Part shown: positions 56,701-64,000 of the stretch, piece by piece
Position numbering within the stretch: position 1 is the stretch's first letter
Layout: each line of letters starts with the position of its first letter
Source: Vulcanimicrobiota bacterium
GTDB taxonomy: Bacteria > Vulcanimicrobiota > Xenobia > Xenobiales > JADMJV01
NCBI GenBank assembly: GCA_050250895.1
Contig: JBFWNU010000001.1
Location: 2,916,891 to 2,980,890 of the forward strand
Reading direction: 5' to 3'
Length of the DNA stretch: 64,000 nt
Program-made: the position numbers and the translations under genes
The notes under the pieces: model-generated
What the model saw: only the letters and a program-made list of their open reading frames with translations
Told to the model about the DNA's origin: nothing
The model's database searches: none

Positions 56701-57128
56701 AGCGCCCGCGCAACTTGACCCGAGCCCAGCTCAAAGAGCTCGAGCAGGCGCTGGCCCAGGAGGGCTACATCCTCAGCCATCTCGAGAGCGCCTGGCGCGA
56801 GACGACCAACCAGGACATCGCCGCTAGCATCATCGGCTTCATCCGCCAGCGCGCGCTGGGCAGCCCGCTGTTGCCCTATGGCGAACGGGTCGACCGGGCC
56901 CTCAAGAAGATTCTGGCCAAGCAGGATTGGACCAAGCCCCAGCGCCAATGGCTCGAGCGCATCGCCAAGCAGATGAAGCTCGAGACCATCGTCGACCGCG
57001 ACACCCTCGACCAGGGCCAGTTCAAGGACAAGGGCGGTTTCAACCGCCTCAACAAGGTCTTTGGGGGGCAGATGGAGCAACTGCTGGGTGACCTGGTGGA
57101 TGCCGCATGGGAAGACGACGCAGCCTAA
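53733..57128 (+). CDS. hsdR: Type I restriction enzyme R subunit (EcoKI-like)
   Basis: NFGFL/DUF4145-like N-terminus, ADYVL..VEAK, MATGTGKT, DECH, LTATP, QMVGRATR. TTG start is inferred. Confidence 0.93.
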   Translation: MGNTTHAATNFGFLAEHDPLLLRLTQQAERYFAEDPNTCLFKLRQFAEYLLPLLAARTGAKVRPDMSFHDTLQLLRRNRALHDQAHQAFNTLRKAGNKAAHEMAGDHSEALQMLKVARALAVYFHQTVKDRGFAPAPFLPPPDPKRQAAEVAAELAELRAEVARVLQAKAEAEAVAREEAQRRAEAEASVLLAAQEKALAESRAEETAELLAQEQARHVQVVEELATQAAEAPVEELEKIKAQANSINLDLDEAATRRLIDQQLRDAGWEVDSQKLTWKKGVRPQKGKSLAVAEWPTDHPDGGKGWADYVLFLGLTPVAVVEAKRANKNVASAIGQAKRYSEGFRLEGDLVGAGGPWEKYRIPFLYSTNGRPYLLQLQEFSGIHFLDARKPTNHSRALPAWHAPEGLQAMLAQDIDQATAALKQESLDYLGLRYYQNHAILAVEGALAEGNREILLAMATGTGKTRTAIGLLYRLLKTRRFNRILFLVDRTSLGEQAHNAFKDVTMENLQKFSDIYEVKGLGDLVPDPTTRVHLATVQAMVKRCLYAEDDVLTPDKYDCIIVDECHRGYNLDREMSEAELEFRSEEDYISMYRRVLDHFDAVRIGLTATPALHTTQIFGTPVYQYGYRQAVIDGFLVDHEPPVQIVTGLAEDGISWQAGEPVEVYDVKRQNIDLVHMDDEVKIEVEGFNKRVVTENFNKAVLGELARHIDPDLDGKTLIFCATDHHADMVVRLLKAELDQSCGPINDNAIRKITGAADKPSELIRRFKNEKYPSVAVTVDLLTTGIDVPEIVNLVFLRRVRSRILYDQMVGRATRLCPDIDKKVFYIFDAVGLYAAMQDYTEMKPVVTQQHISFEQLVREITEVPDPLARQEFLEQLIAKLQRKRFDDEGRQQFETLTQMTVAEVLDFFRKNEADTVAGWFTQHPTLVNLLDSSTGGGARLLVSNHDDEVRRVERGYGHNNRRPGDYLEEFSDFLKSNLNAIPALTVVTQRPRNLTRAQLKELEQALAQEGYILSHLESAWRETTNQDIAASIIGFIRQRALGSPLLPYGERVDRALKKILAKQDWTKPQRQWLERIAKQMKLETIVDRDTLDQGQFKDKGGFNRLNKVFGGQMEQLLGDLVDAAWEDDAA

Positions 57129-57137
57129 GGAGAGCCA

Positions 57138-58577
57138 ATGCTAACCTCGAATACCCAAGATATCGTCCAGAAGCTCTGGGCTCTGTGCGACATCTTGCGC
57201 GACGACGGCATCACCTATCACCAGTATGTCACCGAGCTGACCTATCTGCTGTTCTTGAAGATGGCCCAGGAGACCGAACGCGAGGCCCAGTTGCCCGAGG
57301 GCTATCGCTGGAGGAACCTGACGGCCCAAGACGGTCAGAAACAACTCGACTTCTATCGCGAGATGTTGCTGCATCTGGGCAGCGAGGCCAAGTCGGAGCG
57401 GGTGCAGGCGATTTTCAAGAACGCCAACAGCTCGCTGACGCGGCCGCGCAATCTCAAGACCTTGACCAACAGCATCGACTCGCTCGACTGGTATAGCGCT
57501 AAGCACGAGGGCCTGGGCGACCTGTATGAGGGGTTGCTGGAAAAGAACGCCAACGAGAAGAAGTCTGGCGCCGGCCAGTATTTCACGCCGCGCCCGCTGA
57601 TCGACTGCATGGTGGCTCTGGCCCAGCCCCAGGTGGGCGAGCGGGTGCAAGACCCCGCGGCCGGCACGGGCGGCTTCTTGGTGGCCGCCGACCGCTACAT
57701 CAGGCAGCAGACGGATGACTACTTCGAGCTCTCAGATGACGAGGGGGCGTTTCAGAAGTATCAGGCTTTCTACGGGATGGAGCTGGTCTCGGACGCCCAC
57801 CGCCTGGCCCTGATGAACCTGATGCTGCACGACATCGAGGGGCACCTGGAGTATGGTGACACCCTCTCGCCCCGGGGGGCAGAGCTGCCGAAGGCCGACC
57901 TGATTCTGACCAACCCGCCGTTTGGCTCGAAGAAGGGCGGCGGCCTGCCGACCCGCGACGACTTTACCTATCCGACCTCGAACAAGCAGCTGGCCTTCTT
58001 GCAACACATCTATCGGGGGTTGAAGCCGGGCGGTCGGGCGGCCGTGGTCTTGCCCGACAACGTCTTGTTCGAGGGCAACGTGGGCGCCCGCATCCGGGCC
58101 GACCTGATGGACAAGTGCGACCTGCACACGATCTTGCGGTTGCCGACGGGCATCTTCTACGCCCAGGGCGTGAAGACGAACGTGCTTTTCTTCACCCGCG
58201 GCCGCTCGGAAGAGGGCTGCACCTCGCGGGTCTGGGTCTACGACATGCGGACGAACATGCCGTCGTTTGGCAAGCGGACCCCGCTGACCCGCGAGCACTT
58301 TGCCGAGTTCGTGACCTGCTTCGGCGACGACCCGCTTGGGTTGGCTGAACGGATCGACCAGGGCGAGGAGGGACGCTTTCGCTGCTTCACCCGCGAACAG
58401 ATTCGGGAGCGGGGCGAGAACCTGGATATTTCCTGGCTGCGCGACGAGAGCGCCGAGCATGCCGACGACCTGCCGGAGCCGGAGGAAATCGCTGGGGAGA
58501 TTTTGGGTCATCTGCAGACGGCGATGGAAGAGATGGAAGCCCTGATGGAGCTTTTGGAGGGCGGTGACGCGGAGTGA
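57138..58577 (+). CDS. hsdM: Type I RM N6-adenine methyltransferase
   Basis: GQYFTPR, DPAAGTGGFL, NPPFG. Confidence 0.95.
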   Translation: MLTSNTQDIVQKLWALCDILRDDGITYHQYVTELTYLLFLKMAQETEREAQLPEGYRWRNLTAQDGQKQLDFYREMLLHLGSEAKSERVQAIFKNANSSLTRPRNLKTLTNSIDSLDWYSAKHEGLGDLYEGLLEKNANEKKSGAGQYFTPRPLIDCMVALAQPQVGERVQDPAAGTGGFLVAADRYIRQQTDDYFELSDDEGAFQKYQAFYGMELVSDAHRLALMNLMLHDIEGHLEYGDTLSPRGAELPKADLILTNPPFGSKKGGGLPTRDDFTYPTSNKQLAFLQHIYRGLKPGGRAAVVLPDNVLFEGNVGARIRADLMDKCDLHTILRLPTGIFYAQGVKTNVLFFTRGRSEEGCTSRVWVYDMRTNMPSFGKRTPLTREHFAEFVTCFGDDPLGLAERIDQGEEGRFRCFTREQIRERGENLDISWLRDESAEHADDLPEPEEIAGEILGHLQTAMEEMEALMELLEGGDAE

Positions 58578-60097
58578 GCTTACCAACGGGCTGGCAGCTA
58601 GTCGAACTTGGCGAACTTGGTAAGTGGGCAACCGGCGGGACGCCGAGCCGCTCTGTTCCGGAATATTTTGGAGGCGGGATCCCCTGGGTCAAGACGGGCG
58701 ATCTAGACGACGGCCCGGTAGTCACGATTGAGGAGACCATCTCCGAACTCGGCCTGAAGAACAGCAACGCCAAGCTCTTCCCCCCAGGGACACTGTTGGT
58801 CGCTCTCTATGGTGCAACAATCGGTAAACTGGGCATCCTAGTCTCAGCCGCTGCCTGCAACCAAGCCTGTGCTGCACTCCTTCCTGGCTCGACTGCGTTG
58901 GTGGTCGAGTATCTGTTTTGGTACCTCCGCTCGCGGCGAGAAGACCTGAGGGCCGCCGGCCAGGGTGGGGCACAGCCGAATATCAGTCAAGGTCTGTTGA
59001 AGGCCTACAAGTGTCCTTTGCCCCCCGTGAATGAGCAGCGTCGCATCGTGGCCAGGATTGAGGAACTGCAGGGGCGCAGCCGCGCCGCGCGGGAGTCTCT
59101 CGAGGCGATTCCACCTCTGCTGGAGCGGTTTCGTCAGTCGGTTCTCGCGGCCGCTTTTCGCGGGGACCTGACGGCAGATTGGCGCCGGGCGAACCCGGAT
59201 GTGGAGCCAGCCAGCGTGCTGCTCGAGCGCATTCGCGTCGAGCGGCGTCGGCGCTGGGAGGAGGCGGAACTCGAGCGCCTGCGGGCCAAGGGCCGAGAGC
59301 CCAAGGATGACAAGTGGAGGACGAAGTATCGTGAGCCGGAACCGGTGGACACGACGGGCTTGCGGAAGTTGCCGGAGGGTTGGGCTTGGATACACGTCGC
59401 AGAGGTTGCGGACGTAGTTGACCCTCACCCCAGCCACCGAACACCGCCGGTCGTCAGTGGCGGGGTGCCATACGTTGGAATGGGCGACTTTCGGTCGGAT
59501 GGAACACTTGATTTGGAAGGCGCTCGCAAGGTCTCGCCTAATAAGCTTCGCTCTCATCGTGAGCGGTACAGGCTGCAGTCCGGCGATTTCATCTTTGGCA
59601 AAATCGGCACGCTGGGCACCCCGATTGAATTGCCGCAGCCTTTCGATTATTGCGTTTCTGCAAACGTCATCCTGCTACAACCTGTAAGCGAAGTAAATTC
59701 ACGCTGGCTTCTCCATTACTTGGACAGCCCATACATTGGCCGCATACTCGCCGACCTATCAAGAGCGACGGCGCAACCAGCTTTCGGCATAACGAAGATG
59801 CGTCAACTGGCTGTTCCGATACCCTCACGGGCGGAGCAGGACTTTGCCGTGAGGCTCATTGATAGTCATCTAGAAAGGTCCCTTGTTGAGGGCGACGCGC
59901 TTAAGGTTGCAGCCATCTCTCTAGAGAGGCTTGACCAATCCATCCTGGTCAAAGCCCACCGGGGGGAATTGGTGCCCCAGGACCCCGATGATGAGTCAGC
60001 GTCGGCTCTACTTGAGCGCATCCGGGGCGAAGATCAGCAGGTGCCGACGAAGCCGAGGCGCAATTCGTTTAGCAAGCGGGGGACTCTTAAGCATTGA
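58574..60097 (+). CDS. hsdS: Type I RM specificity subunit
   Basis: LPTGW, two TRDs, PPVNEQRRIV, AFRGDLT, GELVPQDP.DE.AS.LLERI. Confidence 0.93.
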   Translation: MSLPTGWQLVELGELGKWATGGTPSRSVPEYFGGGIPWVKTGDLDDGPVVTIEETISELGLKNSNAKLFPPGTLLVALYGATIGKLGILVSAAACNQACAALLPGSTALVVEYLFWYLRSRREDLRAAGQGGAQPNISQGLLKAYKCPLPPVNEQRRIVARIEELQGRSRAARESLEAIPPLLERFRQSVLAAAFRGDLTADWRRANPDVEPASVLLERIRVERRRRWEEAELERLRAKGREPKDDKWRTKYREPEPVDTTGLRKLPEGWAWIHVAEVADVVDPHPSHRTPPVVSGGVPYVGMGDFRSDGTLDLEGARKVSPNKLRSHRERYRLQSGDFIFGKIGTLGTPIELPQPFDYCVSANVILLQPVSEVNSRWLLHYLDSPYIGRILADLSRATAQPAFGITKMRQLAVPIPSRAEQDFAVRLIDSHLERSLVEGDALKVAAISLERLDQSILVKAHRGELVPQDPDDESASALLERIRGEDQQVPTKPRRNSFSKRGTLKH

Positions 60098-60915
60098 GAG
60101 ACTCAATCCTTGAGAGACGCCTCCAAGCCCTCTTTGCCTCCTTCGACGCGGTGTATCATGGCGGCGTTCTCGGTTCAAATGCCACAAAAGGTGCCGAGCG
60201 GGAGTCCTTCACGGGGTTGTTGCTCTCGGACATCTTTCAACAGAGCGTACGAGTCGGCACGGGGGACATCATCGATAACACTGGTAAGAGAAGCGGCCAG
60301 GTCGATCTAGTGCTTGAGTATCCGCGGGCTTTCAGCTTTCCGGCTTTTCCGGGTGGCCCTAGACTCTATCTAGCAGAGAACGTGGCAGCAGTGGTCGAGG
60401 TCAAGTCGAACCTGAAGGCACAGAAGGATCAATGCAGAGATACCGCCCAAAAGGTAAAAGAGCTGGAACGGTATTTCGAAAGGCAAAGGAGGTTGGAGCG
60501 CGCAGCAGAGCTAGAGCGGGAGGCTTGCGCCATTCAGGAAGCTGAACCCGAGCAAGCAGAAGAACTCCGATGTCGGGCTGATTACAGTCGCAGACTGGCT
60601 AAGTTCTTTCCGCCAGACCCCATCCCCGTTCTCGCAGTAGGCTACGAAGGCTGGGCCACGCTCGACGAGATTAAGAGTTGGATGGAATCCATGATCGGCG
60701 ATCCAGAGGATCCCGACCCCTCGCCGGTCGACGCCGTTTTTGTTGTCAAAAGACGTATATTCTTCCGCTTAAACACTGTGGAGGAACGGCAGAGAACCGG
60801 AGATTCTTGCCGGGGAATATCGGGGACGAAGAGCCTTCTCTGGTTACTGGAGTATATACAGGTCCTGATGGCGCCACCCACTTGTTCGCCCTCTATCAGC
60901 GCCACGTATAAGTAG
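60094..60915 (+). CDS. DUF6602-like PD-(D/E)XK nuclease
   Basis: KGAERE, GDIID..G..SGQVDLVL, VVEVKS; overlaps the hsdS stop. Confidence 0.7.
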   Translation: MRDSILERRLQALFASFDAVYHGGVLGSNATKGAERESFTGLLLSDIFQQSVRVGTGDIIDNTGKRSGQVDLVLEYPRAFSFPAFPGGPRLYLAENVAAVVEVKSNLKAQKDQCRDTAQKVKELERYFERQRRLERAAELEREACAIQEAEPEQAEELRCRADYSRRLAKFFPPDPIPVLAVGYEGWATLDEIKSWMESMIGDPEDPDPSPVDAVFVVKRRIFFRLNTVEERQRTGDSCRGISGTKSLLWLLEYIQVLMAPPTCSPSISATYK

Positions 60916-61277
60916 AGCAGCGCGCCCGCAACGCCGCCCACCAGAGGTTCGACGAGGGTTTTCGCTACGAGATTCGGATTCAGGCCGGACCCGAGCGTCC
61001 CTATCTGTCGGACATCCTCGAGTTCTTGAAGGGCGTGGGGCCAGGACCGGCCAACCTGCTTGCAGAATTAGTCAAGTTGACCGATAGTGTCATTTCCGAC
61101 CTGGTTCAAGAGATCACCGGTACTTATAATTGTCGCACATCATCGGGTTTATGCCTGGTATCTCGACGACAGCGTCGAGCAGGGTGCCTACCAGGCCCAG
61201 GTTAAAGAGATCGGGCCAAAGGAAGATCCGCAGGTCCGCGTCATCGTTCGGCTACGGGCCACTCTACCTCACCCGGG

Positions 61278-61740
61278 CTACCGACGTGTCCTCGAGGGCC
61301 TTGAGTTTTGGTGAGCTAGAGGATCCCGCAACAAGTGCGCAACCTTGAAAGGTGGCGAGGTGCCCGCTTCGCCTGGTCCGGCTGGAATCAACCGAGTTTG
61401 TGGTCTGAATCGCAAGCCAGGACCGACGCTGTCCTGACCGGTCGTCGTCAAAGCGTGGCGTGCCCGCCGAACCTCCAAGCGAGCTCCGTGGCAGAGTTCC
61501 AGTAGCGCCTCTTTCAACTTTCGCCGTCCGAGCATCTGGCGCAGGTCGTTGACGACTCGGTTGTGACACCTTCCTGGCCGAGGACCTCCCCCACACGGAC
61601 ACGGGAATCTATTCGCGATCCGCTTCTTGAGGGCGCTCTTGACACAGGCGTTTACAACGCTATGAACGCCCGTGCCGTTGTCTCCATCCAACAAAGCGCC
61701 GTGTCGTATACCGAGCTTCTCGAACAGTTCCATAAAGCGG
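61278..61740 (-). pseudogene. Fused gene debris: OLD-TOPRIM-like tail joined to a SEC-C-like CPCG...C-H fragment
   Basis: FMELFEKLGIRH..LLDGD followed abruptly by KRIANRFPCPCGGG....RCHNRVVN. Confidence 0.35.
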
Positions 61741-61919
61741 CAAAGGTTGGACAGGAGAGCCCTAGTCGTTGATGCGTTGATGTGCTCGGGAAATACAGGA
61801 TGTTAGCAACGCTCTTAATTTGATCCACACAACGCTCAAAAGTGATCCACCCCCATACCGTTATCCGGAAACTGGAGTTGAAGAGACTTCAAGTCCCGGA
61901 GCAGGCATGCTGAAAGTGT

Positions 61920-63149
61920 TTAGCGGCGAACGACAGAGCGATAGCGAACCGGCCCGGTCAACCGTTCGAGACTACCCTCATCGACGAGTCGCCGGAGCCA
62001 CTCTCGCGCCTGTGTTCTACTAATCAAGAGTTCGTCAGCCACCTGCGCTTCGGTCTTTTCACACTCCATGCGGGAACAAATCTCTCTGACTTTCGCAAAG
62101 AGTTCTTCCGCAGGGGCCCTAGTCCCGGATTTCGTAATCGTCGGGTACGCGCTCTGCTCAGATGTACAATACTTCGGTTCTCTGGAGGTAAATAGCGGGA
62201 TTTGTCCACCTCCGTTTGGAGGGACCGTGAGTGTCTCCAGCAGTTCTCGAGCGTTGCTCGGGTTGGGCCAGCGAAGTGCGCCTTTTCGCTCGAGGGCCTC
62301 TAATCCTCTCGTCAGGGTGCCAGTGGAACGAACGTAAACGGGGATTAGCCGCATGCGGTCGAGTTGCTCGACGGCTCCCGCCCAGGTACCGCCCTTCTCG
62401 AGGTCTGAATTGACGATCAATGCAGCGTCGGACAGAGCATAGATGAATTTGTTGCGTTTCATGGCATTGCCGACGTGGAATCGCGCCGAGGGATCAAAGG
62501 GAGAGATGAGAGTCAGCCGATTGGTCAGGATTGCATTCCGGTTGTCTCGATTCAGAACGGCCCTCTCAAGGCTATCTGCCAGAACTCCGACGGCCAAGCC
62601 GCCAGCGTCTATTGATCCGGTCATCGCTGCGAGGTCAACGCCGCGCGCGCCCCCTGATACGACAGGTCGCTCTGCTCTGGCGGCGAGCTGAGCGACTGTA
62701 CGGGTCCAATCTAGCAATTCCTCTCGGACATTCCGCGAGCCAACTATCGCTAGGCCGCCCGCGTCCAGATTTCTGATATTCCCACACCCGTATATGATAG
62801 GCGGCGACTCCTCCGCAAGACGACGCTTTAGCCTCAGAGGATAGCTGGCGTCCGCGCGGCTCAAGGTCCAAATAGCCTTGCTCTGCCACCTTTCAAGCGC
62901 CTGACTGAGCAAGAACCCTCTGGTCAGCAACGAAACGACTCTCTCCCCGTCTATCCCGGCGCTAGCGCACGGCGCATGAAGACCATCGGTCAGGAGATCC
63001 GCGGGCTCGCGACCAACTCTTCGAAGCTCGCGGGCGAGTCGATTGTATTCGGTCAATGTAAGCGGCTTCTCCGTAAATTCTCTCCTTCCCACAATGAGCG
63101 GCGCAGTGAGGAGCAATATTGCCTTGGTGTTGTTAGAAAGTTCGATCAT
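61920..63149 (-). CDS. DprA/Smf-like protein (RqlI-like)
   Basis: YPLRLK..L....[35 protein letters not shown]; C-terminal wHTH. Confidence 0.88.
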   Translation of the reverse strand: MIELSNNTKAILLLTAPLIVGRREFTEKPLTLTEYNRLARELRRVGREPADLLTDGLHAPCASAGIDGERVVSLLTRGFLLSQALERWQSKAIWTLSRADASYPLRLKRRLAEESPPIIYGCGNIRNLDAGGLAIVGSRNVREELLDWTRTVAQLAARAERPVVSGGARGVDLAAMTGSIDAGGLAVGVLADSLERAVLNRDNRNAILTNRLTLISPFDPSARFHVGNAMKRNKFIYALSDAALIVNSDLEKGGTWAGAVEQLDRMRLIPVYVRSTGTLTRGLEALERKGALRWPNPSNARELLETLTVPPNGGGQIPLFTSREPKYCTSEQSAYPTITKSGTRAPAEELFAKVREICSRMECEKTEAQVADELLISRTQAREWLRRLVDEGSLERLTGPVRYRSVVRR

Positions 63150-64000
63150 CCGAACCCCGTCCGAGCGAGCGCAAAGGGAAATACCTCGTCACTTCCGTTC
63201 TGCAGGAGCAGCCAGGCTGCCACTGTGAAAGTCCACCGTGAATCGACCATATCATCGACCAGAAGAACCGGCCCCTCAGGTATATTGCCACACAGACCCA
63301 ATGCGCCGTCTAGATTTAGAGCCTGCATGGAGGAGTTCTTCATAGACTTCTGCTCCGGTCGTTCAGCAACCTGTTTGAACACAGGTTGAAAGGTTAAACC
63401 AATGTGCTTCGCAAGCCGCTCAGCGAAGTCGGGAACCAGAGTCGGATGTCGCGCTGAGGGGATACAAGTCACCCAGGTAGGGGATGGAACGGGCGCCCAG
63501 TCTTTGAGCATAGCCGCTGAAGCGGCTACAAGATCATCCGTGAACCGACGCTTTTGGTATTTTCCGTCCCGAACCAGCCGTCCCCAGCCAGCATCGCCCC
63601 AGACGCAGAGGGCTCTTCCTCCCTGCGCCCTTCGGTTCTGCGGGATTGGTCCGCTGACGGCGTAACTTGTGAGTCCGCCTGGCGGCCACTGCTTTCGTGG
63701 CTCAATGGGCACGTTTGTTCGACGCAGAAAGGCTTGGGCTTCTTGCACAAGAATCGGATCTGCTTCATCCGGCAGCGGTTGAAGGTTTGACGGGGTGACA
63801 ATCTCTGGCTCTCCGTCCAGCGCGCGAACGAGGAAATCCATATGGCCTGTCGTCAAATTCACATACTCCTGCATCTGGGCCTGTTCCTGATGCCTTAACT
63901 CTGTTAGTCGCTGCGCCCTATCCCAGAAGCTTTGCTCGAGGCGGGCGGGCGTAAGCTGCCATTTCGTTTCGAACTTTACAATGGGCGGTGGCGACTCGAG
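63146..64000 (-). CDS. Partial RecQ-like helicase with C-terminal phosphoribosyltransferase (ComF-like) domain (RqlH-like)
   Basis: EQAQMQEYV...HMDFL..ALD RecQ zinc-region motif; GRALC.WGD.GWG; [17 protein letters not shown] loop. ORF is open to the window end. Confidence 0.85.
   Translation of the reverse strand, partial: LESPPPIVKFETKWQLTPARLEQSFWDRAQRLTELRHQEQAQMQEYVNLTTGHMDFLVRALDGEPEIVTPSNLQPLPDEADPILVQEAQAFLRRTNVPIEPRKQWPPGGLTSYAVSGPIPQNRRAQGGRALCVWGDAGWGRLVRDGKYQKRRFTDDLVAASAAMLKDWAPVPSPTWVTCIPSARHPTLVPDFAERLAKHIGLTFQPVFKQVAERPEQKSMKNSSMQALNLDGALGLCGNIPEGPVLLVDDMVDSRWTFTVAAWLLLQNGSDEVFPFALARTGFG

Overview
High-GC bacterial chromosomal window. The protein families present (expanded PilC/GspF and pseudopilin paralogs, 'DSxGQFxL..EKALEK..FQL' proteins, a giant helical-repeat protein) suggest Eremiobacterota/Vulcanimicrobiota; this assignment is inference only. 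(1) 1-14 kb is a type II secretion/type IV pilus-like accessory locus: two PilC/GspF genes, several prepilin-like genes, a large PilX-like protein and a PEGA-TM-Ser/Thr kinase. Six of its promoters share one precisely spaced module (GTGA-N6-TCAC, second TCAC 22-23 nt later, -10 box 26-27 nt after that), often with leaderless starts. The locus is interrupted by a tandem array of Rpn/DUF4351-type nuclease genes and by a 2.5-kb tandem duplication of a convergent lipoprotein/PilX-like pair whose two C-termini diverge together between near-identical flanks. (2) 14-47 kb holds a candidate structured sRNA, a GST, a secreted CHAT protease, kaiB-kaiC with two hybrid histidine kinases, glgX, hypABFCDE, a modular hairpin repeat array, a SPOR protein, a 1244-aa repeat protein, a stand-alone A-T-R reductase resembling fungal glycine betaine reductase ATRR, an MNT-HEPN pair and HAD/LysR. 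(3) 48.4-64 kb is a partly decayed defence island: GmrSD(DUF262)-HNH-Schlafen fusion, AAA ATPase with a broken TOPRIM-like partner, EcoKI-like type I RM plus DUF6602, and an RqlHI-like RecQ-PRTase/DprA pair. No rRNA, tRNA, CRISPR array or integrase was recognised. All family calls come from motif recognition by eye, not database searches.
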